A stretch of DNA of 64,000 nt from positions 4,554 through 68,553 of the forward strand of contig JAUSED010000008.1 in NCBI GenBank assembly GCA_030650425.1. Reading direction: 5' to 3'. Below the pieces are notes generated by a model that saw only the letters and a list, made by a program, of their open reading frames with translations, was not told where the DNA came from and did no database searches. Position numbers and translations under genes: made by a program. The stretch is from Candidatus Omnitrophota bacterium. GTDB taxonomy: Bacteria; Omnitrophota; Gorgyraeia; Gygaellales; Profunditerraquicolaceae. Shown here in pieces: positions 45,748 through 54,214 of the stretch (positions are counted from its first letter, which is position 1; each line of letters begins with the position of its first letter).

Positions 45748-45845
45748 GGGACCGTTTCTATTTTCCCTAGTAGGGGACACTTTCCAACAGCCAGTAAACG
45801 CGTGTAGGAAAGTGTCCCCTGAGCGAAAAAAATAGAAACGGTCCC
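45748..45845. mobile_element. A>B nested element, pilin-associated subfamily
   Basis: Same spacer aacagccagtaaacgcgtgta as 38992; preceded by aaaacacgg x2. Confidence 0.9.
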
Positions 45846-45859
45846 AAGTTTTATTATAC

Positions 45860-45888
45860 TTGACAAAATGTGCCGATAATGGTATAAG
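45860..45888 (+). promoter_or_regulatory. Putative promoter of the pilin at 46037
   Basis: TTGACA-17 nt-TATAAG with extended TG. Confidence 0.6.
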
Positions 45889-46036
45889 TAAAAAAGTAAA
45901 ATTAAAGGTGGCTTTGGCGCGGTAATAAGCGACCTCTTAAAAGAAGCTTGGAAGTTCTAATTTTACAATAACCAATAAGAGGCCAAGCAGAGAGCGCGAA
46001 AAGTTAATCTTACCTTAGAAAGGGGGATTTACAGAG

Positions 46037-46438
46037 ATGAATAGAAAAGGTTTTACGCTCGTCGAAATCATGATTGTCGTAGCGATCATCGCGTTATTAG
46101 CCGCTATCGCTATACCTAACTTGTTAAGCGCCAGAATGACCGCGAATACCGCGGCAGCCAAGGCGAATGTGCGTAGTTTATCCACAGCCGCAGAGACATT
46201 CTCTACCGCTAACAACGGTACGTACCCGTCTTCAGTGGCCAATTTAACTACTTTTATTAGTGCGGCAGGTTCTTATTGCGCGGATGCAGGCGGCGCGACA
46301 ACCGCAGTTCAGGGTTATAACTATGCTTGTACTTTGACTGCCGGCGGTTACTCTGTAGTAGCTGCTCCAGTGACGGTAGGTACAACTGGTACCACAACTT
46401 ACACCGCAACAACAGGAGGAGTGCTCACGCCATTATAA
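46037..46438 (+). CDS. Type IV pilin, probably the major pilin
   Basis: RKG|FTLVEIMIVVAIIALLAAIAIPN; has its own promoter, SD and terminator. Confidence 0.9.
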   Translation: MNRKGFTLVEIMIVVAIIALLAAIAIPNLLSARMTANTAAAKANVRSLSTAAETFSTANNGTYPSSVANLTTFISAAGSYCADAGGATTAVQGYNYACTLTAGGYSVVAAPVTVGTTGTTTYTATTGGVLTPL

Positions 46439-46463
46439 AAGCACGCTTCTTATGAAGAGTTAG

Positions 46464-46500
46464 AAGGAGGAGAGGATAAAATTCTCTCCTCCTTTTTTTT
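46464..46500 (+). terminator. Rho-independent terminator
   Basis: aaggaggagag-loop-ctctcctcctt followed by a T tract. Confidence 0.85.
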
Positions 46501-46503
46501 CCG

Positions 46504-46571
46504 GTCATTGCGGGTAATTAAGTTGTAGCGGACATTTAAATGTCCGCTACAACTTCGCCGTTCGCAATGAC
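46504..46571. repeat. CGTC-type ends enclosing a perfect 36-bp GTAG palindrome
   Basis: gtcattgcg...cgcaatgac; inner aagttgtagcggacatttaaatgtccgctacaactt at 46520-46555. Confidence 0.9.
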
Positions 46572-46585
46572 GATAATTTACTATA

Positions 46586-48550
46586 GTGAATAAATCTAAA
46601 TTAATTTTATTTATAGGTATCCTTTTCATTCTCGCCTTATCCTGCGCGGCCGCCTATTCCAATTCCGTACACAATCCTTTTATCTGGGACGACGATGCCT
46701 TAGTGGTTAAGAATCCGCTGCTAAGCAACTGGTCGAATCTGCCGAAGGTATTCACCAGCGACCTGTATCCCGGGGTAACTGCCGGCTCAAACTTTTATCG
46801 TCCGCTGCAGACCATATCTTATATCTGGGATTATCATTTTTGGCAGCTGGATCCGTTTGGCTACCACCTTTCCAATATCATCCTGCAGATTTTAGTTTCT
46901 TTGCTCGTTTTCTTACTTACCCGGATTATGCTCAAGGATACAAAAATCGCTTTGGCCGCGGCTCTGTTATTTGCCTTAAATCCGCTGCATACGGAAGCGG
47001 TAACCTATATTTCCGGAAGGGCGGAGATGCTTATGGGATTATTTCTACTTGCTTCCCTAATTTTATTTATTAAGGGGCATCGAGTTTTTTCTCTTTTGAG
47101 CTTTATCTGCGGCTTGCTCTCTAAGGAGTTATCCGTAGTTTTTCCGTTAGTTATTTTAGCATATTTATTTTACTATAAGAGAGAGAAGCTAAAGAAGGCA
47201 CGCTACCTCCTAAAATCAGTTTTACCATTTTTGATTATAGATTTGATCTATTTAATCTTGAGGTCCGGTTTATTGCATTTTGCGACTATCAGGCCGCCGG
47301 CATTGACTAAATACCCCTTCATTTTAAGAGTGATAGTCTTTCCTAAAGTAATGCTGACCTATCTAAAGTTATTTATCCTTCCGGTCGATTTGCATATGAG
47401 CCGGACATTGGCGCGTCCGGTGAATTTTTTAAGCCTATTCTGGAGTTGTTTTTTTCTCGGGATGATCTTTGTGTTTTGCGCCTATATTTTAAAAAACTAT
47501 AAGCAAAGAAAGACAGCCGCGTTTATGCTCTGTTGGTTCTTGATTTTTCTTCTTCCTCAATCCGGGATCCTGCCGATTAACGCCTTTATCGCCGAGCACT
47601 TTATCTATCTGTCATCGATCAGCGTTTTTATCTTACTGGCTTATTTATTGCGTAAATATTTAAGGAGGGGACTTTTTATTTTTTCCGTCATCGGGCTTGC
47701 GCTATTCTACGCTATGCTTACTTATACGCGTAACTTTGACTGGAGCGATCCTTTAGTATTTTATTCCAAAATAATCAAATATTCTCCGGATAGCTTTCAG
47801 GCGCATAACAATTTAGGGTTGCAATACGAATACCGGCATGACTTGAGGAAAGCCATCTTGGAATATAAGCGGGCATTGGAAATAGAGCCTAAGCTGATTG
47901 AGGCGCGTTCTAATCTGGCTAATGCCTATTTTAAACTGGGTAAATTTAAGGACGCGCTTTCGGAGTACGCCCAAGTAGAGAAGAGTGCTCTGCGGGAAAA
48001 GGCCGGAGAGCTGCAGAACAATATCGGTTGTATTTATGAAGTTGAAGGATTGTTGGATGAAGCCTTAGATAGGTATAGGCTCGCTTTACGTTTAGACCCT
48101 GCCTTGAACTTTACGCATTTCAATATCGCCAGGATTTACGCGGCTAAGGCTAAGTTTGATTTGGCCGCCCAAGAGGTAATAAAATCGCTTCCTGAGCTAA
48201 GTCTTACTGATTTTTATAGCAGCCGTAGCGGACACTTAAGTGTCCGCTACGGAGATAAGGATAGATATGCTCAGGTAATTAGTGCCTACGTGAAATCGTC
48301 AAAAGCATTTCAATCGGGCGTAATATTCTATAATGATTTAGGCGTGAAGTTCGCATCTGAAAACCTGTTGGAGGGAGCAATTGCCGCGTTCAAAAGGGTG
48401 ATTGAGCTGGATCCGCTTTACGCTGACGCGCATTTTAATCTGGGGCTTGCCTTTTGGAAAAAAGGCTTAAAAAAAGAGGCGATTTTTGAGTTCAAGAGAG
48501 CGCTTAAAATAAATCCTAATCACTTGAATGCCAAAGGGTTCTTAAGATAA
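46586..48550 (+). CDS. TMTC-like GT-C membrane protein with C-terminal TPRs (putative protein O-glycosyltransferase)
   Basis: FIWDD, FYRPLQ, HTEAVTYISGR and SKE motifs; TPR tail. Confidence 0.8.
   Translation: MNKSKLILFIGILFILALSCAAAYSNSVHNPFIWDDDALVVKNPLLSNWSNLPKVFTSDLYPGVTAGSNFYRPLQTISYIWDYHFWQLDPFGYHLSNIILQILVSLLVFLLTRIMLKDTKIALAAALLFALNPLHTEAVTYISGRAEMLMGLFLLASLILFIKGHRVFSLLSFICGLLSKELSVVFPLVILAYLFYYKREKLKKARYLLKSVLPFLIIDLIYLILRSGLLHFATIRPPALTKYPFILRVIVFPKVMLTYLKLFILPVDLHMSRTLARPVNFLSLFWSCFFLGMIFVFCAYILKNYKQRKTAAFMLCWFLIFLLPQSGILPINAFIAEHFIYLSSISVFILLAYLLRKYLRRGLFIFSVIGLALFYAMLTYTRNFDWSDPLVFYSKIIKYSPDSFQAHNNLGLQYEYRHDLRKAILEYKRALEIEPKLIEARSNLANAYFKLGKFKDALSEYAQVEKSALREKAGELQNNIGCIYEVEGLLDEALDRYRLALRLDPALNFTHFNIARIYAAKAKFDLAAQEVIKSLPELSLTDFYSSRSGHLSVRYGDKDRYAQVISAYVKSSKAFQSGVIFYNDLGVKFASENLLEGAIAAFKRVIELDPLYADAHFNLGLAFWKKGLKKEAIFEFKRALKINPNHLNAKGFLR
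48223..48252. repeat. Perfect 30-bp GTAG palindrome, in-frame in a CDS
   Basis: ccgtagcggacacttaagtgtccgctacgg; homologue of 46520-46555. Confidence 0.9.
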
Positions 48551-48561
48551 TCCACCCACGA

Positions 48562-48595
48562 GATGTAGGGGCACGGCATGCCGCGCCCCTACATC
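48562..48595. repeat. GTAG REP-like palindrome
   Basis: gatgtaggggcacggcatgccgcgcccctacatc (1 mismatch). Confidence 0.85.
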
Positions 48596-48659
48596 GCAGT
48601 TGTACATGGGTAACAAAAAGTAATTGCTAAAAGCAGCCTTTATGTTAGAATAAATTAAC

Positions 48660-49109
48660 ATGAAAAATAAGCTTTCCGGGTTTAGCTTAGTCGAAATAAT
48701 GTTTGTAGTTTTTATTATTTCTTTCCTGGTTTCGCTGGCGGTAGTAGAAGGAGTGGTACTTAGGAAAAAAGCTAACGAAGCGAATGCCCAAGCCAATTTA
48801 AAATATATAGCTACGGGTTTCGAAATATACGCTGCCGGCCACGGAGGCGCGTATTCTTCCGGTAATGAAACTGACTTGCAGTTTTTAGTAGAGGCCAAAT
48901 GCGCCTCGCAGGATTTAGTGAGCATCGGCCAGATAGGGAATTTCCGCTATGTCGTTGATTCGATAACGCCTACAGGGTATGATATCCGGGCGATGGCGGT
49001 AAATACCGCTTTAGCCGACCATAATTATCAGATTTCGACTGGAGGCCTGATCAGGCGAAGCGACAGCTCGGGCACTCAAGACGCGGACTTTAAAGATTAC
49101 ACCTCATGA
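48660..49109 (+). CDS. Type IV pilin-like protein
   Basis: SG|FSLVEIMFVV...ANEANAQANL. Confidence 0.8.
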   Translation: MKNKLSGFSLVEIMFVVFIISFLVSLAVVEGVVLRKKANEANAQANLKYIATGFEIYAAGHGGAYSSGNETDLQFLVEAKCASQDLVSIGQIGNFRYVVDSITPTGYDIRAMAVNTALADHNYQISTGGLIRRSDSSGTQDADFKDYTS

Positions 49110-49522
49110 AAAATAAGAGAGCCAGAAGTTTTGTGGTTATAATGATTGTCTTAGCCCTCTCTGCCTTGACTTTGAGAATGCTTATAGGAGAGATTATCAG
49201 CGTAACGAGCATCCAAAATGAGTCCAACGCTCAATCCACACTTAAACTTATTTCTACGGCTTTTGAGAACTATGCTAAGGATAACCAGGGAGCCTACCCG
49301 GCGAAAATTTCTGTTTTGATTCAAGCTAAGCCAGCCTATTTAGATAAGGATTATATAAAACTGTCTCCGATAAAAGGCTACAGTTATAGCTGCAGCCGGC
49401 TGGACGCGGCAGGATATAGCTGTCAGGCGTTTCCTAGCAGGTGTAAATTGACCGGTAAGCTGAATTTTAGCGTCACTACAGGTAGTTTATTAATCTCAGA
49501 TGACTGCGGAACAAGGGAATAA
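49106..49522 (+). CDS. Pilin-like protein with a degenerate cleavage motif
   Basis: ARS|FVVIMIV...NESNAQSTL...GYSYSC; resembles the pilins at 46037 and 48660. Confidence 0.65.
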   Translation: MKNKRARSFVVIMIVLALSALTLRMLIGEIISVTSIQNESNAQSTLKLISTAFENYAKDNQGAYPAKISVLIQAKPAYLDKDYIKLSPIKGYSYSCSRLDAAGYSCQAFPSRCKLTGKLNFSVTTGSLLISDDCGTRE

Positions 49523-49545
49523 ACAGCTGGAAACTCGAAATCCAA

Positions 49546-50577
49546 ATGCTAAATATTATTTCTAAATTAAAAGATAACTTTTCCGGGGAGAGGCTTTCTG
49601 TTGGATTGGATATCGGGAATTCCACGGTAAAGATAGTCAAGCTTAAATTTATTAAAGACGAAGTTACCCTCTGTGGCTTTGACATAGAGTCATCGACGTT
49701 GGAATTAAACGAGGTATTAAAGAAAATAAAACAGGCGCATGGCGCCGAATTGGTGAATATATCCGTTTCAGGGGCTCAAACCGTCATCCGCTACGCGAAT
49801 TTTCCCAAAATGAACGCTTCAGAATTAAGGCAGGCCTTGAAATTTGAAGCCCAGAAGCATATACCTTTTTCTGTTTCCGAAGTCAATCTTGACGGTTACA
49901 TTTTAGAAGATGATCTTCCTGATAATAAGATGTTGGTTTTAATCGCCGCGGTAAAAAAGGAACTAGTCTCCAGCCGCCTGAAGTTGTTGGAAAGCGTAAA
50001 TCTTGCCGCGAATTCCGTGGATATGGACTCTATCGCTTTGGTTAACGCCTTTAATTTTAATAATCCATCGGTTAGTAACGGGGAACATAAAGCAGCCGCC
50101 TTGTTGAATATCGGAGCTACCGTGAGCAATCTGGATATATTGGAAGCCGGTATGCCGCGCTTAAGCCGGGATATGCATATTGCCGGCAATACTTTTACCC
50201 ATAAAATAATGGATGTTTTCGGCATTGATTTTAATAATGCCGATAAGCTTAAGTTTGATCCCGAAAGCGATCCTGAAAAGAAGAATAAGATAAACGCGGC
50301 AGTGGAATCAGTGCTCTCCAATTTGGCTACCGAAATAAGGACATCTTTTGATTACTATGAGAGCCAGAATGCCTCTTCAGTGGCCAAGATTTTCTTAAGC
50401 GGCGGAGCTTCAAAATTCAATGGGTTAAAAGATATGCTTTCCCGGCTTTTGGGTTTAGAAGTGGAGAATTGGGATCCGCTTAAGCAGTTGCAGATTAATC
50501 AGGCTATCGGAGCTGAAAAAATTAAGGCAGCATCAGGCCAATTGGCGGTTGCCGTCGGACTGGCTTTACGCGCGTAA
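49546..50577 (+). CDS. pilM: Type IV pilus assembly protein PilM
   Basis: VGLDIGNSTVK, FEAQKHIPF, FLSGG and AVAVGLALR. Confidence 0.92.
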   Translation: MLNIISKLKDNFSGERLSVGLDIGNSTVKIVKLKFIKDEVTLCGFDIESSTLELNEVLKKIKQAHGAELVNISVSGAQTVIRYANFPKMNASELRQALKFEAQKHIPFSVSEVNLDGYILEDDLPDNKMLVLIAAVKKELVSSRLKLLESVNLAANSVDMDSIALVNAFNFNNPSVSNGEHKAAALLNIGATVSNLDILEAGMPRLSRDMHIAGNTFTHKIMDVFGIDFNNADKLKFDPESDPEKKNKINAAVESVLSNLATEIRTSFDYYESQNASSVAKIFLSGGASKFNGLKDMLSRLLGLEVENWDPLKQLQINQAIGAEKIKAASGQLAVAVGLALRA

Positions 50578-50578
50578 G

Positions 50579-51178
50579 ATGATTGAGATTAATTTACTCC
50601 CGGAAGAGTTAAGAAATAAGGTAGTTAAGCTAAAGAAGCCCGAAGCCACGATAACCGCGGCTGGATTAGAGCCGAAACATTTTATTTTACTGATACCGCT
50701 TGCCTTTGGAATTTTAATCGGCCTCCAACTCATTATCGGCCTTCTTGGCCTAACCAAGTCTGTTCAAGCGCGTATGTTAGATGGGAAATGGAGCAGTCTT
50801 GAGCCCGAGCGAAAGGCGCTGAAAGAATTCAACGATAAATATAATCTTGTTTCCGAAGATACGCAGATAATACAACAGTTAATGCGGACCAGGGTTAATT
50901 GGTCAGAGAAACTCAATAGTCTTAGCTTAAATCTTCCCGCTGGAGTTTGGTTTGAAGAAATCTTGGTTAATTCCAAAGAATTGGCCTTGCAGGGCGCGGT
51001 AGTATCCCTGAATAAGGAAGAATTGAGTTTGATTAAGCAGCTAATCGATAATTTGAAGAATGACCCCGCTTTCTTTAGAGATTTTAATTACCTCGAAATG
51101 GGTTCGGCTAAAAAGAAGGCGTTTGGAAGTTACGATATTACCGAGTTTACCTTGAACGCCAGCCTTAAGGCAAAATGA
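50579..51178 (+). CDS. pilN: PilN
   Basis: MIEINLLP N-terminal motif, TM helix, LPAGVWF. Confidence 0.85.
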   Translation: MIEINLLPEELRNKVVKLKKPEATITAAGLEPKHFILLIPLAFGILIGLQLIIGLLGLTKSVQARMLDGKWSSLEPERKALKEFNDKYNLVSEDTQIIQQLMRTRVNWSEKLNSLSLNLPAGVWFEEILVNSKELALQGAVVSLNKEELSLIKQLIDNLKNDPAFFRDFNYLEMGSAKKKAFGSYDITEFTLNASLKAK

Positions 51179-51780
51179 TTAACTTAGTGGAGAAGATTAA
51201 AAGTATTAAGATATTAGACCAGTTCGATCTGGACAATAAGAAGCTGATGCTGATCGTGTTGATCAGCGTGGTTGTATTTTATATAGACTTTAATTTTATT
51301 CTTAAGGCACAGGTTAGATGGCTCGCTAAGAGCGGGACGAAGGTGGAGAGGTTCAAGAAAGACTTGGATAATTTTAAAATAGATCTAAAAAAGATGCGGG
51401 ATTTAGAATCCAAGCAGACTCTTGCTTCCCAAAAGCCTGTTTCCAACGCCAAGAGCATTATTCCCGCGAATCAATTTTCGAGCTTACTGCAGGATATTTC
51501 TAGAACAGCCAATCATAATGATGTGAGGATCCTGCAGATAAAACCTTCCCGGATGCCGACGGAGAATCAGAGTAATAAGGCTAAGGTCCCGGTTAACCTT
51601 AATCCATTTATGGTTAATTTGGATTTATCCTGCGCTTACCATAACTTGGGGAAGTTTATTAATGAACTGGAAAACTTACAGGCTTTTGTTAGCTTGCGGG
51701 ATATTAAGATCGAACCGCAGGATGATAACTATCTTAAACAGAAGGTTAACCTTGCCTTGGTTACATATGTTAAGAAATAA
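51175..51780 (+). CDS. pilO: PilO
   Basis: TM helix, coiled coil, YHNLGKFINELE. Confidence 0.8.
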   Translation: MINLVEKIKSIKILDQFDLDNKKLMLIVLISVVVFYIDFNFILKAQVRWLAKSGTKVERFKKDLDNFKIDLKKMRDLESKQTLASQKPVSNAKSIIPANQFSSLLQDISRTANHNDVRILQIKPSRMPTENQSNKAKVPVNLNPFMVNLDLSCAYHNLGKFINELENLQAFVSLRDIKIEPQDDNYLKQKVNLALVTYVKK

Positions 51781-52126
51781 AATATTGCTTATTTTATTTG
51801 TTGGCCTTTATAGCTTTTCTTTCGCGCAAGGCGATTTTATCTATCAGTCAAAAGGAAAACGCAATCCTTTTATCCCTTTAGTGAGCAAGGACGGCAGGTT
51901 AATGAAGTTGGACAAGGATGAGGGGCAAGGGAAATCCGATTTATTAGTGGATGGTATCATTTACGATAAACAAGGCATCTCCTATGCTTTAGTTAACGGG
52001 AGGGTCTTGGGAATCGGTGATTACGCGGGTGAATACAGGGTCTTAAAGATTACCAAAGATAAGGTAGCCTTTCTTAAAGATGATCAGATAAGGGAGGTTT
52101 TGATAAATAAGGAGGGGGAAAATTGA
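51767..52126 (+). CDS. PilP-like protein
   Basis: Signal-like N-terminus, KRNPFIPL, ALVNG; precedes the secretin. Confidence 0.65.
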   Translation: MLRNKILLILFVGLYSFSFAQGDFIYQSKGKRNPFIPLVSKDGRLMKLDKDEGQGKSDLLVDGIIYDKQGISYALVNGRVLGIGDYAGEYRVLKITKDKVAFLKDDQIREVLINKEGEN

Positions 52127-53889
52127 AAAAATATACAATCCTTAGTTTTTTATTCTGGGCCTCATTATTTATTTTTTCCGTCTCTTCATTGGCTGAAAAC
52201 GCGCAGGTAGCTGTAGTTGTCTCTGCCCCGGGAGGTGTTGATACTTCCGGTATCGCGGAGAACCAAGTTAGAGAAAAAGAAAGCACGGCCCAGATATTGA
52301 GCGCCGCGGATAATGTAACTTTGGATTTTAAGGAAGCGGATATTCAGAACGTGCTTAAGATTATCTCTTATAAGTCCGGGGTGAACATCGTGAGTACCCC
52401 TGAAGTCTTAGGTAATGTAACCATCAGAATGCTGGATGTGCCTTGGGAGACGGCGCTGGATGTAATCTTGAAGACTTATGGCTATAGCTATCAGAAACAG
52501 GGGAATATAATCCTGGTCACTAAAATGGAGAATATGGCTAAACTGCAGGCAGAGGAACCGCTGCAGACCGAGGTCTTCACCCTTAAATACCTAGATGCTC
52601 AGGACGCGCAGAAGATCCTTATTCCCTTGCTTTCTCCGCGTGGAAAAATATCGGTATTGTATGCCCGGGGACAGAAGGGATGGCAATTCGGGACTTTTAA
52701 GATCGGCAAGGAGACCGTGGCCAGCGCTGCCTTGGCAAGAGAAAAACAGGAAGCTAAGTCTGAAACTGTTTCTATGGAAAATACCGCTAGCGGAGAACTT
52801 GTCTCGCGTAAGGCTGAATTTGATTCTACGGTAAAATCAAAAGTGCTTATTATAACCGATACCGCTCCATCCTTAGACAGGATCCGTAATCTGATCATAC
52901 CGACTATCGATAAAAAACCCAAACAGGTATTGATTGAAACCAAGATCTTGGAGGTTAAAAGGGATAAGCTAAAAGATTTGGGGATTGATTGGGGCTTAGG
53001 TAACGCCGGCGCCACCACACTTATCCCGCCGACGACTAAAACAGCGGGCGGGACCGTAGGCGGCCGCGTGTTAGGCGGCGGCGCGGGGACAAGTAAATTT
53101 ACTCCCGATGCTTTTAACCCTCTGGAGGGGACGACCGCTTTCCCGGGGACATACCCTTACGTAGCCGGAGCGACCTTTGTGTTTAATAAGCTCGGAGGGG
53201 TGGAATATCAGGTAGTCTTGCATGCTTTAGAGGAAGACGCCAACACAAACACCTTATCCGCCCCGCGTATCCTGACCTTGGATAATCAAGAGGCCTCTAT
53301 TTTAGTCGGTTTCCATACCCCAATCCTTAGCTCCAGCGTCACCGCCGGAGACGCCAATTCCGGGCCCACGCAGACGCAGACCCTGGATTATTATCAGGAG
53401 ATCGGTATCCGGTTGAATGTCGTGCCGCAAATCAGCGACGAGGGTTACATCAATATGATTATCCATCCGAGCGTCACCTCTTCGACTTCCAATGTGACGG
53501 CTACGAATGTCGCCGGCACAGGGGATGACCAAACCACAACTACAGTTGATTATCCGATTATCGACGTGCGCGAGGCGCAGACGCAGGTCTTAATTAAAAA
53601 TAACGATACCATTGTTATCGGCGGCCTGCTTAAGGACGTCAAGACCAAGGAAAAAATCGGCGTCCCCTTCCTGATGGATATTCCCTGGTTGGGAAAGTTT
53701 TTTACCCGTCAGACGGATAATGTGCAAAAAATTGACCTGTTGATATTTATTACGGCGAGGATAGTTGAAGAGGGCGAACTTAGTAAAGACGAATTAGCCA
53801 GATTTAAAGAAGGCGTTGATTACGCGGCGCCAGTTGAGAAAAGCAAAGCAGTTAAAAAGAAGGGCTGGGATTCTTTGTTAGCCCCTTAG
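52123..53889 (+). CDS. pilQ: Secretin (PilQ family), copy 2
   Basis: LDFKEADIQNVL, DVPWETALD, TIVIGGLL and VPFLMDIPWLGKFF. Confidence 0.88.
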   Translation: MKKYTILSFLFWASLFIFSVSSLAENAQVAVVVSAPGGVDTSGIAENQVREKESTAQILSAADNVTLDFKEADIQNVLKIISYKSGVNIVSTPEVLGNVTIRMLDVPWETALDVILKTYGYSYQKQGNIILVTKMENMAKLQAEEPLQTEVFTLKYLDAQDAQKILIPLLSPRGKISVLYARGQKGWQFGTFKIGKETVASAALAREKQEAKSETVSMENTASGELVSRKAEFDSTVKSKVLIITDTAPSLDRIRNLIIPTIDKKPKQVLIETKILEVKRDKLKDLGIDWGLGNAGATTLIPPTTKTAGGTVGGRVLGGGAGTSKFTPDAFNPLEGTTAFPGTYPYVAGATFVFNKLGGVEYQVVLHALEEDANTNTLSAPRILTLDNQEASILVGFHTPILSSSVTAGDANSGPTQTQTLDYYQEIGIRLNVVPQISDEGYINMIIHPSVTSSTSNVTATNVAGTGDDQTTTTVDYPIIDVREAQTQVLIKNNDTIVIGGLLKDVKTKEKIGVPFLMDIPWLGKFFTRQTDNVQKIDLLIFITARIVEEGELSKDELARFKEGVDYAAPVEKSKAVKKKGWDSLLAP

Positions 53890-53908
53890 TTATTTGAACA
53901 TAGAATAA

Positions 53909-54214
53909 ATGTATAAATTAAATTTTGTTTTTTCCAAAAAAGGCGCGATGATTTATATCGGCCATCTGGATCTGATGCGCCTGCTTACGCGGGCAATGCG
54001 CAGGGCGGATTTACCGCTTAAGATCTCTGAAGGTTTTTCTCCCCACCCAAAACTTAGCTTAAAGCGGGCTTTAAAATTAGGGGTAGAGAGCGAGCATGAA
54101 GAGGGGACAATCATATTAAGGCTGCCGGTTGAAGAGGAGGAATTTAAAATTAGATTACAGCAACAATTACCAGAAGGGATCAAAATAAAACATGTCGAAA
54201 GAAATTTTAGTTAA
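53909..54214 (+). CDS. Radical SAM-linked protein (DUF2344-like), short form
   Basis: YIGHLDLMR...RAMRRADLP...SEGFSPHPK; upstream of rng. Confidence 0.75.
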   Translation: MYKLNFVFSKKGAMIYIGHLDLMRLLTRAMRRADLPLKISEGFSPHPKLSLKRALKLGVESEHEEGTIILRLPVEEEEFKIRLQQQLPEGIKIKHVERNFS

